A stretch of DNA of 63,805 bases, filler included, from Octopus bimaculoides (taxonomy: Eukaryota): the NCBI RefSeq assembly GCF_001194135.2. It is 5 parts of 5 records of this genome, joined end to end, with 100 filler letters (N's around TTAATTAATTAA, not from the genome) between each part and the next. Parts side by side here need not be neighbours in the genome. Positions count along the whole stretch, not along the records: positions 53,166 to 63,805 come from NC_068982.1; 4 more parts are not named here. One strand, given 5' to 3'. Of this stretch, positions 53,518 to 63,805 are shown piece by piece; within the stretch, counting starts at the first letter, position 1; every line of letters begins with the position of its first letter. Position numbers and translations under genes: made by a program. The notes beneath the pieces are model-generated. The model did no database searches. It saw only the letters and a list, made by a program, of their open reading frames with translations, and was not told the DNA's origin.

Positions 53518-56276
53518 TTAAATCAGATTCAGGTAAACACCTTGTAAAATGCTATGTAAAGGTCGTCCACAGGTATTGGTTGCCCGATGTCATCATACAG
53601 TGGAAATGCTCCAGCTGTTGGATATATATCAGGAATTCCATAGTGTCCGTAGAGTTTATATAAATATTTATCTATTTATATGTATGTATGAATGCATGTA
53701 TGTATGTATGTATGCATGTTTGTATGTGTGAGAGAGAGAGAGAGAGAGAGCCTATATGCATCAGTGTTAATAAAAACATTAATGCTTCCATATGTTACGC
53801 ACATGCACTTAAATATTTATATTTAGAGACACAAACGTTGTGTAAATACATATACGTTTGTGTATGTGTGTGTGTATGCAAAAACACTTGAGGTGTGTGA
53901 AATATTTTAATTTGTGTTATAGTACAACATAAACTGAGGTTCAAAATAACTTTACTATACCTAAGTTATAGATATGAGCTCTGTTATAAACATTACATAT
54001 TCCAGGTACACATATTTGTTTTTCTTATACCACAATATTTAAAGCATTCTAAATTATAAGCAGTACGTTAAACTTCAACTTCAATAAATTCATTTATTTC
54101 TCCATTTACATCTTTTTGTCAGAACTTCTGTCATTTATGGATTTTGTATAGAATCCTTATGCAAATGTCTTGCAAACATTCATTGTGAACTTCAAGTATG
54201 AAGTGACATTAATGACGTGTTTTTATGTGTCAGTATATTCTCACTGCCGTCTTCAAATGAATGCTGTTCAATTGAGTAGAATTCTAGTTTTCTTTTTCAT
54301 TTTTGTTTTTCTTTTTGCAATATATTTAAACCACTTTGTTATAACACTTCACAGTCAAGGTGATATTATGAAGGAGCTGGGTTACGCTATGGTACAAATT
54401 ACGAAAATACAAACCACCAACTTCCTTCACGTTATTCAAATCCATGTTAATATCTAAAACAAAGAACTGGAAACTCACATATAAACTCATGTACATACAC
54501 GCGCGCGTGTACATTTATTTATTGTCTTTTACTTGTTTTAGTCACCGAACTGCGTCCATGCTGGAGCACCACCTTGAAAGGTCTTAGTGGAATAGATCGA
54601 CCCTAGGGTTAGAAGTTTGAAGTCTGGTGCACTATCTATCAACCTTTGGCTGAACTGTCAAGTTACGGGGACGTAAACAAGCGGTGTAGTGGTACAAACA
54701 CAGCCACAACGATAGGAAATCATATANNNNNNNNNNTTTAAAACTGCTTGATTCGGCTCTACGCGACTTAAAGTTTTGCAGTCCTTCATCAGAAGTACGT
54801 CTCTTTCAGGTTTTAGATTATCAAAAGCCCGAAAAAGACGGGCTTCTATCAGAGGCCTGCGAATCTTTAAGTCACATAGAGCGGAATAATACATATGAAT
54901 AATACATATAAGTCCTACTAAATGTGTTGAATGCCCTTTTCTTTCATTTTTCCAATCACTCGTACATGACGGGCTTTTAAACAGTTTCTGTCTACCATTT
55001 TTCCTCACAAGGCATTGGTCGGTCTGGGGCTATAGTAGAAGATACTTGTGCGAGGTGTCACGTAGTAGGAGTGAACTCGAAGCTAGGTGGCTGCAAAGTG
55101 GGATTCGTAATCTCACAACTTATGCCTTACGATTTTGACTGAATAAGATTAATCACGTTACAGTCTGCATTAATTTTGATTACTCTTTTATATTTATATT
55201 TTTTACTGTTTTCTTTTTTAGTCTTTATCTGGCAAAATTTTACTTATTAGGAAGGCATTATGGTCAAGAAGTGTGTGTTCAGAAACGTACTTGTTATTTA
55301 AGGAAATTGCTACTCACAACTATTTTATGCTGATATATGAAGTACAACGATTTGGGCAGTGATATAAATATCTTGTTTCTGCTATTATTATTACTACTAT
55401 TTTTGCTAATCCTCCAATTCATTAATATTGCATCATCACTATTTATTGATGATACCATTTCCCAATGGGCTAGAATTTGATTTCTTGTTGAATCTGTCTC
55501 AAAATGCTAATGTTACAAACGTTACTAAAGTTGATTGTAAAATGCAAAAAACGTCACGACAACCCCTTTTCCTCTCCAAAAGTATTCGAAGCACACTTTT
55601 TTTTTAATGTTTTCAACAATTAAACTTCGTTCCACTCATTCACATGGCGCCAAACTAATATTTACTCACATTGCTCCAAATTAATATTTATAAGCTTAAA
55701 CTACTGCAAGCTGGCTTAACAGATAACCGTATACGATTACATGGATTATAATACAGTGTAGTACAGCATTATGATTTATTGTACAATAGAAGTTGAGAGA
55801 AATATTTATACATAGACAAATGTATACTGATTCATTTCTAACTGAGTGTCTCTTCTTGAGGAGGAGAAGTGCTATGATTTAATCGGTTGCTACTCATTTA
55901 AACGGCCCAAGGTGCCAAAAACGGGTATCTGATCACTGAAATATCTGAGAAGACATAATATACAAACCTATGTAGTGGATTGAACTTATTTTCCCCGACA
56001 TTATATTTGTGCAGTTTATTGTTACGCAGAATGACCAAATGGTTAAGAAGTTCGCTTCGTAATCTCGAGATTCTGGGTTCAGTCCCACTGCGCGGTATAT
56101 TGGGCAAATATCTTTAACTACTGTCTTGAAACCGAGTGGAAAGAAACTACACGGAAGTCCGTCGGAAGTGCTGTAATTTAAAAGTTCAGCTTTTCACATG
56201 GTCCAAAACTAATTCTGTCTTAGAATTATATTGTAACAAATTCTGGCACAAGGCCAGCAATATCAAGTGAAAGGGT

Positions 56277-56340
<64 letters not shown>

Positions 56341-57284
56341 GTGTGTATGGATTAGTCGATTACATCGACCTCAATACGTGACTGATAGTTTATTTTATGG
56401 AACCGGAAAAGATAAAAGGATAAGTTACCCTCAGCGTAATTTCAACTCAGAAAGTAATGAGCAGGAAGAAATACAGCTGAACATTTTGTTCAACGTGCTA
56501 ACAAGTTTTGCCAGCTTACAGAGTATATAGGTAATTTCAGGAGAAGAGGTAAATCGATTACATTGACCCCAGTGATCGACTGGTACTTATTTTATTGACC
56601 AAGAAAGGATGAAAGGCAAACTCGATGACTTCTGCGTAATTTGACGGTGTACTAATGATTCCGTCAGCTCACCACCTAGATTGAAGAGTATATTGAGAAT
56701 TATATCAAGGTTACACTTAATCTTTAGTACTAGTTGAGCATTGAGATCGATGTAAAAATTTGCTGGCCTTGTACCAAAATTAGAAAGAATATTAAGTTTA
56801 CAAGTATCTGTAAAACTTTCGTTTACACGCCAATTCAATAAGCATACATTTTAGTTGATTGAACAACTGAATTTTCATCAATGAAAAAAAAAAGAAAAAA
56901 AAAACCGGAAATCCATTTGCTATTATAATAACGATTTTAAATCTGGGTACATGGCCAGCAATTTTAGGTATAGGGGTAAGGTTGATTACATCAACGTTAG
57001 TGCTCAGTCACACTAATGATTCTGTTAGCTCACCGACCCGCTGTCTATTATATATATATATATATAGATATATATATAATATACATACACACACACACAC
57101 ACACCACACACACCACACACATATATATATATGTATATATATATATGTATATACATATATGTATATATANNNNNNNNNNNNNNNNNNNNNNNNNNNNNNN
57201 NNNNNNNNNNNNNNNNNNNNNNNNNNNNNNNNNNNNNNNNNNNNNNNNNNNNNNNNNNNATATATATATATATATATATATATA

Positions 57285-58141
57285 CCAGGTATGATCAACA
57301 AGTATCCGGACTGTTGTCATAGTAACGAAACTAAAGCACGCAGGGTAAAGCCGCTTGGCAAAGATTGACATTAAACTCTGCTATGCATATGCACTAAGTT
57401 TTAACGTTCCAGCTCACTTCCGCTGTTTACAACAGTGCTTGGAAGGAAGGTGTGTAACGTGTAATCGTCGCATTGACCATGACAAAGTTGTCATGGCAAT
57501 GCTCAGAGGCCTACAAAGTTGCAGAAAATGTATGGAGAGGAGTGTACAAGTGTACGAGTGTTTCAGACATTTCCAAGATAGCCGAAAATATTTCGATATT
57601 GACGAACGTTTTGGGAGATCCGCAACCAGCAAAACTGAGATGTGCGTGTAGCCGAGAGGGAATATCTTCGAATCACCATCCGTGAGTTATCAGAGGATGT
57701 CAGATTAGTTACGGTTCAGTTGTTCAATCCATTATCACTAAAGATTTGAGTAAGAGACGCGTGTCTACCAAGTTTGTGCCAAAACTGCTTTCAGTTGACA
57801 GAAAAGGTACACGGGTTTCAGTTGCACAAGATCACCTTGATTGCATCGAGAACAATGAAAACTCTTTCAAAAAGTTGCGTAGGCCTCTGAGCAGGTATCA
57901 TCAAGCTTTTGGAAAAATTTGATGCAAATTCTGCGCTCAACTTTCTCTGACATGGTCAATGCAGCGATCACACGCCACACACCCTTACAAGCATTGCTGA
58001 AACAGCGAAAGTGAGCTAGAACGTTAAAACTTAGTGCGTATGCACAGCAGAGTTGAAGATCAATCTTTGCCAAGCGGCTTTACTCTGCGTAATTTACCTT
58101 CGTTACTATCGCAACAGTCCGGATACTTATTGATCAGACTG
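57285..58141. mobile_element. mariner derivative built from two inward-facing 5' ends
   Basis: Plus arm encodes a degenerate FRHFQDSRKYFDIDERFGRSATSKTE..TKFVPKLLSVD. Minus arm encodes MSEKVERRICIKFFQKLDDTCSEAY. The two arms share about 200 bp of TIR plus 5'UTR; TA flanks both ends. Confidence 0.85.
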
Positions 58142-58779
58142 TACATATATATATGCATATATATGTGTATATATANNNNNNNNNNNNNNNNNNNNNNNNN
58201 NNNNNNNNNNNNNNNNNNNNNNNNNNNNNNNNNNNNNNNNNNNNNNNNNNNNNNNNNNNNNNNNNNNNNNNNNNNNNNNNNNNNNNNNNNNNNNNNNNNN
58301 NNNNNNNNNNNNNNNNNNNNNNNNNNNNNNNNNNNNNNNNNNNNNNNNNNNNNNNNNNNNNNNNNNNNNNNNNNNNNNNNNNNNNNNNNNNNNNNNNNNN
58401 NNNNNNNNNNNNNNNNNNNNNNNNNNNNNNNNNNNNNNNNNNNNNNNNNNNNNNNNNNNNNNNNNNNNNNNNNNNNNNNNNNNNNNNNNNNNNNNNNNNN
58501 NNNNNNNNNNNNNNNNNNNNNNNNNNNNNAACGAACTATATATATATATATATATATTACTTGTTTTACTTATTAAACTGCAGCCATGCTGTCGCATCGC
58601 CTTGAAGGATTTTTAGTTTTAGTTCTTATTTTTTTAAAAGCCCGGTACCTATTCTATCGTTCTCTTTTGCCGAAATGCTCAGTTACAGGGACATAAAACA
58701 CGCCAACACCGATTTCAAACGGGGGTGGGGAACAAACACAGACAGAATGATACACACACATACACACACACACACATAC

Positions 58780-59738
58780 ATATTTGGGGCCTACCAATTT
58801 TGAACAGTCTCAAGTGTAATAGGCCGAAACTGTAATGATGATTGGAAGCTTGACTGATGAATAGAAAGCCACGAATGTTCCGTCCTGCTTTTCCTGTCCG
58901 TTTTTGTATCGTCCGTCTGTCCGTATGTTTTTATTATCGTCCGGTACTTTTTGTTCCGATTTTGGGATTTATATATACATATAGAGGCGTACGTACACCT
59001 TTTGCTCCGCTTGTAAGTAAGTATATATTTTAAATTCTATACTACTTTCTTCTTCTTTCTTTCCTATTTTCTTTTTGTCACTCCCCTCTCTCACTTTCTT
59101 GGCATTCTCTTTCTTTTAATCTCTCTACTTTCCTCTGTTATTTCCCTTGTACCTTTCCCTCTGTCCTCTCTCTCTCCCTCTCTCTCTAGTTCCTTCCCTA
59201 ATTCTTCAATCCCTCTGCTCTCTACCTCTCTCTTTTCCTCCAAAGTGATCGGTGTTCGGCCAAGCATGATCTTTCTTTCTTGGCCTGACCGCTGCTCGCA
59301 CAACACCTTATTTTCCTGTCTCCTGGCTTTCATGTATGTTTGTCGCCGTGAGGCTTCCACTTCACACGCCAGCTTAACTTAGCTTCTCCTTTTAGTCGAA
59401 AGACACCTGTTGTTATTCTCGTTGTTTGTATTTGTAAACGTGTAACATTTTCTCTGTTTTCTCGTTTTTTTTTTGTCCGTGTTGTCTCACACACTCCCTC
59501 GCTTTCTTCTAAAAAATTAGTGCCCTTAGCTTAGATATTTGGGGCCTACCAATTTTGAACAGTTTCAAGTGTAACAAACCGAAACTGTAATGATGATTGG
59601 AAGCTTGGCTGATGAATAGAAAACCACGAATGTTCCCTCCTGGTTTTCCTGTCCGTCTTCGTATCGTCAATCTGTCCATATGTTTTTATTGTTACGTTCT
59701 TGTTCCGTTTTGTTTTTGATTTATATACATACATATAT
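58780..59738. repeat. Diverged ~200-bp direct repeats (58780-58983 and 59535-59738) flanking a CT-rich core
   Basis: Both copies begin atatttggggcctaccaattttgaacagt.tcaagtgtaa and end gatttatata; period 755 bp. Confidence 0.85.
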
Positions 59739-59770
59739 ACATACATAAATGCATGCATACACACACACAC

Positions 59771-60149
59771 ACAGAGTCTCCCAGAAATTGCATAAACTAA
59801 TTTTACTAGACACTCTTATGGGATGGAAGAAGACATAACTTCTCATATTCGCCCTTCAAGGTTTTCCAAAGTTTTTGGTTTGGTACAGTAGACTCGTTCC
59901 TTTAACTACCTCCCAAATAAAGAAGTCACAGGGTGTTAAGTTGAGACTTCTGGCTGGCCACTCATGCAGAATACAATGACCAATCCATCTCCTGGGAAAG
60001 TGGGCATTCAGTCATTTGTGAATGACATGAGCAAATAATTAGAGAATAAATTCTCATACAAACAAGTACAAAAAATTTGAGAGAAAATTACAATTAATAA
60101 ATAGTTTATAAGTATTTTAAAATAGGGAGTTACTTTTCAGTCACCATGT
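59771..60149 (-). mobile_element. Internally deleted Tc1/mariner-superfamily element
   Basis: LNAHFPRRWIG..EWPARSLNLTPCDFFIW..VYCTKPKTLENLEGRI (from WPxRSPDLTPCDFFLW). Confidence 0.75.
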
Positions 60150-60300
60150 ATATCGGGTTTCTTTCAGTTTCCTTCTACCAAATCCACTCACAAGGTAAGT
60201 GTGTTCTAATGTAGCCCGAGGCTATAGTAGGTTGCCCAAAGTGTCACGCAGTGGGACTAAACCTAGAACCATGTGGTTGGGAAACAAACTTTCTACCACA

Positions 60301-60336
<36 letters not shown>

Positions 60337-60915
60337 TATATACATACATATATATATATATAACCGAAATGCTTTTGGTGGTGGTGGTTTGACAGAATCG
60401 GTAGAACATCGGACAAAATATCTGAGATGGCATTTAGTTACATACCTTTACATTCAAGCATTTGTCTTTGCTTTTCATCCTTATGGAGTTGATAAAATAG
60501 CCGCGAGTGAAACACTACAGCAGGTATAATGGGCTGTGCCACAATCCAAATATAAAGTTTTGTGTTTAACATCTTGAAAGACATTTTGAAACATTTTTAG
60601 AATCGTGTTAAAAAAAAAAGAAATGTATCGTTAGTCTTGTTCACATATTTTATGAAGAAAATATTAAAATCTGAGAGAAATATACTATCTGAATAATTTT
60701 GGTTTCTTTCACTATTTTTAAGTCAATGATAATGTTCCACGAGGCGTTTAAAAAATAGAGGAAGTAACTTTTCTTAGCAGAAAAAATTCTATTGATTTCA
60801 TCGGTTTTATTCTTAGAAATGTTGAAAATAAATCATTTTCTTGAAAAAGTAAATGAATGTGTTCTAATAAAGATGGTTTGAAAGCAATTTCTTTTCAATT
60901 TATACACAGTGACAG

Positions 60916-61039
60916 AATTAAGTGTTGCTTTTGACCTTTCCAGAAGTTGGAAAGATTTTGACCCTTAACAAACTACAATCCATTCCTTAATGTTCTTAGA
61001 TTAGAGTATCATTGTCGCAATTCATGCGCCGAAAATATA
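60916..61039. repeat. 124-bp direct repeat, copy 1
   Basis: Matches 62392-62515 with 3 substitutions counted by eye. Confidence 0.9.
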
Positions 61040-61748
61040 TTTTTTTCCATTACATTTTTTTTTGCTATTTTAAGGATTTTACATAACATACGTATTTTGG
61101 TACTTCAGTATAATTTACTACGTACAAAAGAATGTAATCGACACGAAATATCTTCATTTAATCCGCAACCTCAATATAATAGTTACTCAATACTAACACT
61201 GTGAACTTTACATTGAAGTTTATTTGCTTAAAATACTGTATTTATTTCAAATATAACATGAAATAATTCTAAACGGTTGTAAATCAATACATTTCAGATC
61301 TCTTATTAAGCATATGATGCACCTCTGGTGGATATTACTAGAAAAAAAAATAATAAAGTTTTGGATTCTTAAACATAAAAAAAAAGATTCTTAAACAAAT
61401 TAATAGGAAATTAAATATCTGTCGAGAATGTATAGTTTTAATTAATTAAATATATTGGTATTTTCTACGTCAAGTGTACAAGAAACAACATTACAATACA
61501 ATGAAGTTGTAAAGCGGTAGGCATCTTTGGGTATTTTCTGTGGTAATTTTCAAATTTATATGGCCACTTTATGCACATTTCAAAAAAATTTATAGATCCT
61601 GTCTGATCTGCACTAACGGTTGGGTTATATTTCCCTGAAGAGGCTTGATAATATCGGAGCGTGCATTCACTAACCACCGAATTCACAAAGAAATTTACAA
61701 TTAGAATTAAAATCCGGGTTGTCTCCCTTGCTTTTTTTTTTTAATCAG

Positions 61749-62255
61749 AATTCTCATCACTAAAGGTGTTAATTTATTTTATTAAAGTTTCTTTCATGAC
61801 TACATCAAGTACGCCATCGCCTATTTTACTATCATTGCCTGTAGAACTATCTAATGTGCGAATATGTCTCGTAACATTAAATCAGGGTTACACAACTGAA
61901 TTTGCATTCGAAAGATATGTAAATACGAAAGCTGAGTCCCACGCTTTGACGCTTTGATATACAACCTAAACAGTACATTAAAATACTTTGGGCTTAGATT
62001 TATAGCCAATCACGTATTCATGAAACAATTAGAAGACAGTCTAGATATTCTGAATCTTCTAGTTTTAGTGACCATTCAGTTGTCAATAAATATTGGTTAT
62101 TTTGTTAGAAGTGTACAATTCTTCAACCGTAAAGGTGCTAAACTGATCGCTGTTGGATTTGGTGACAAGTTGAATAGATATGAAAATAGATTTATAGCTA
62201 GTGAAATGGATTTCTTCACAACGGTGGCATTGGTCCACACTATCTTTTCAACTAA
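61749..62255 (+). pseudogene. Degenerate von Willebrand factor A (vWA) domain exon, frameshifted
   Basis: ORF 61766-61957 (ILLSLPVELSNVRICLVTLNQGYTTEFAFERY) and ORF 61954-62259 (GLRFIANHVF..LNLLVLVT..KGAKLIAVGFGDKLNRYENRFIASE) follow the vWA consensus order RVGLV..EF.L..Y, AL..+..F, LVxxT, G+.+.AVG.G, EL..IAS. Bounded by acceptor tttttttaatcAG (61748) and donor GTAAGT (62256); span 507 bp. Confidence 0.7.
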
Positions 62256-62319
62256 GTAAGTGCCTGAGGCGTAAATTTATTTTCCATTGTATTAATTTTT
62301 CAACACTACGAAACATTTA

Positions 62320-62387
<68 letters not shown>

Positions 62388-62391
62388 ACAA

Positions 62392-62515
62392 AATTAAGTG
62401 TTGCTTTTGACCTTTCCAGAAGTTGGAAAGATTTTGACCCTTAACAAACTACAATCTATTCCTTAATGTTCTTAGATTAGAGTATCATTGTCACAATTCA
62501 TGCACCGAAAATATA
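62392..62515. repeat. 124-bp direct repeat, copy 2
   Basis: Matches 60916-61039; 1476-bp spacing; the pair brackets the vWA exon. Confidence 0.9.
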
Positions 62516-62702
62516 CACAAACACACACTCACACACGTGCGCGCACACACACATGCACACACAAACACTCACACACTCATAGAACACACACATATATATA
62601 GGAGCGAAGCATGTAAGTATAATAAGAACAAAGCACTCTTTATCTATTGCGCAATGGTCTGAAACGTGCATATTGAATGCATTCAAAATTTCATTATTTG
62701 GT

Positions 62703-62811
<109 letters not shown>

Positions 62812-63031
62812 GGAGAAAGTGGGCGAGAAGAACAGATATTAGTGTCAAAAAAGTCAAATTAATTAATTGGAAATGAAAGCCGTAAGCTTGATATTACATT
62901 TCAAATATATTTCAATTAGAGCAACTTAATCATGCTTTCTCGAGTAGATTATATAAAAGGATATGAAAAAATGTTTATGACCTATGTATGTATGTATGTA
63001 TAGTGCTATGTTTGAGAGATGAGGAATTATG

Positions 63032-63239
63032 TACATTATTTACATTTGACGAATATTTGTCCTCATCTTGTTTGTTGTTAACACAACGCTTCGGCTGATG
63101 TACTCTCCAGCCTTCATTAGGTATCGTGGGGGATAGGAAGGATAGGAAAATATTAGACTTAAGCCCTAAAATTCACTCCATAATTGCCCACGGGCATATG
63201 GCGTTGTGGTTACGAGTTCGATTCCAGGCAGTGACTTGA

Positions 63240-63296
<57 letters not shown>

Positions 63297-63420
63297 TCGG
63301 AAAAATACCTTAGGAATTCGCCCAGGACACCTGATGAAGGCTGGAGAGTACATCAGCTGAAACGTTATGTTAACAACAAACAAAATGTGGACAAATATCC
63401 GTCAGATGTAAATAATGTAT
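63032..63420. repeat. Inverted pair of family-A (hammerhead-bearing) repeats around an (AAT)n spacer
   Basis: 63032-63133 is the reverse complement of 63320-63420. The left arm has a mutated core (CTAATGA, GAAG). Confidence 0.85.
63326..63371 (+). ncRNA. Hammerhead-like motif, family A, right arm of an inverted pair
   Basis: gacac-CTGATGA-A-GGCTG(gagagtacat)CAGCT-GAAA-CGTT-atgtt. Core intact; first stem I pair mismatched. Confidence 0.5.
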
Positions 63421-63583
63421 ATATGTATGTATGTATCTATCTATCCAATGCGTAAGCACACACACACACACACACACACATACACACAAACATACACGTA
63501 TGTATATATGCATGTATGTATGTATGTATGTATGTATGTATGTATGTATGTACGTACGTACGTATGTATGTATGTATGTATGT

Positions 63584-63805
63584 GATACAGCTATTGTTGA
63601 CAACAGAACATGTGCAATCTGTGGAAAGGTGTGCCGTTCAGTTGAAGGATTAATGAGACATGTCAAAAGTCTTCATACTATGGCACTGGTTCATTCTACC
63701 AGCCAGTACAACTGTGCATTATGCAATGAAATGTGCAAATCTTTGGCGGGGCTCAAGAGTTACATAAAGGCCTTACATTACTTTATCAATGATTCTTATA
63801 TATAT
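63584..63805 (+). other. Open frame running to the window edge with two C2H2-type zinc fingers (host ZNF exon or LINE C-terminus)
   Basis: DTAIVDNRTCAICGKVCRSVEGLMRHVKSLHTMALVHSTSQYNCALCNEMCKSLAGLKSYIKALH. Finger 1 is C-x2-C-x12-H-x4-H; finger 2 has Tyr at the first His position. Confidence 0.55.

Noticed and set aside
61465-61686. Minus ORF (SGKYNPTV..FFEMC) as an SLCO 5' exon; plus-strand CTNGWVIF as a C-type lectin start
   Set aside because: Only a few residues match in either case; no splice support and a stop follows on the plus strand.

Overview
AT-rich, microsatellite-saturated animal genomic DNA with many N gaps. The repeat families suggest a cephalopod, probably Octopus (inference, not searched). 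The only clearly intact host-gene sequence is five in-frame, GT-AG-bounded minus-strand exons (52289 to 43329) encoding the central part of an SLCO/OATP organic anion transporter. I found neither its 5' exons nor its Kazal/C-terminal exons. The rest is a graveyard of mobile elements: CR1/L2-like and R4/Dong-like LINEs, four Penelope-like (PLE) remnants, Helitron pieces, Tc1/mariner remnants and MITEs, and several SINE families. Main observations: (1) Two short repeat families each carry a minimal type-I hammerhead-ribozyme-like fold (family A CUGAUGA core, family B CUGUUGA variant). All intact copies lie antisense to the SLCO gene. (2) A frameshifted vWA-domain exon on the plus strand is bracketed by 124-bp near-identical direct repeats. 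(3) A PLE ends next to a (TTAGGG)9 tract. (4) A Helitron/PLE chimera contains a perfect 260-bp duplication. (5) A mariner element is built from two inward-facing 5' ends. Most ORFs in the supplied track are microsatellite or gap translations. Exon and motif coordinates were counted by hand; TE boundaries are approximate.
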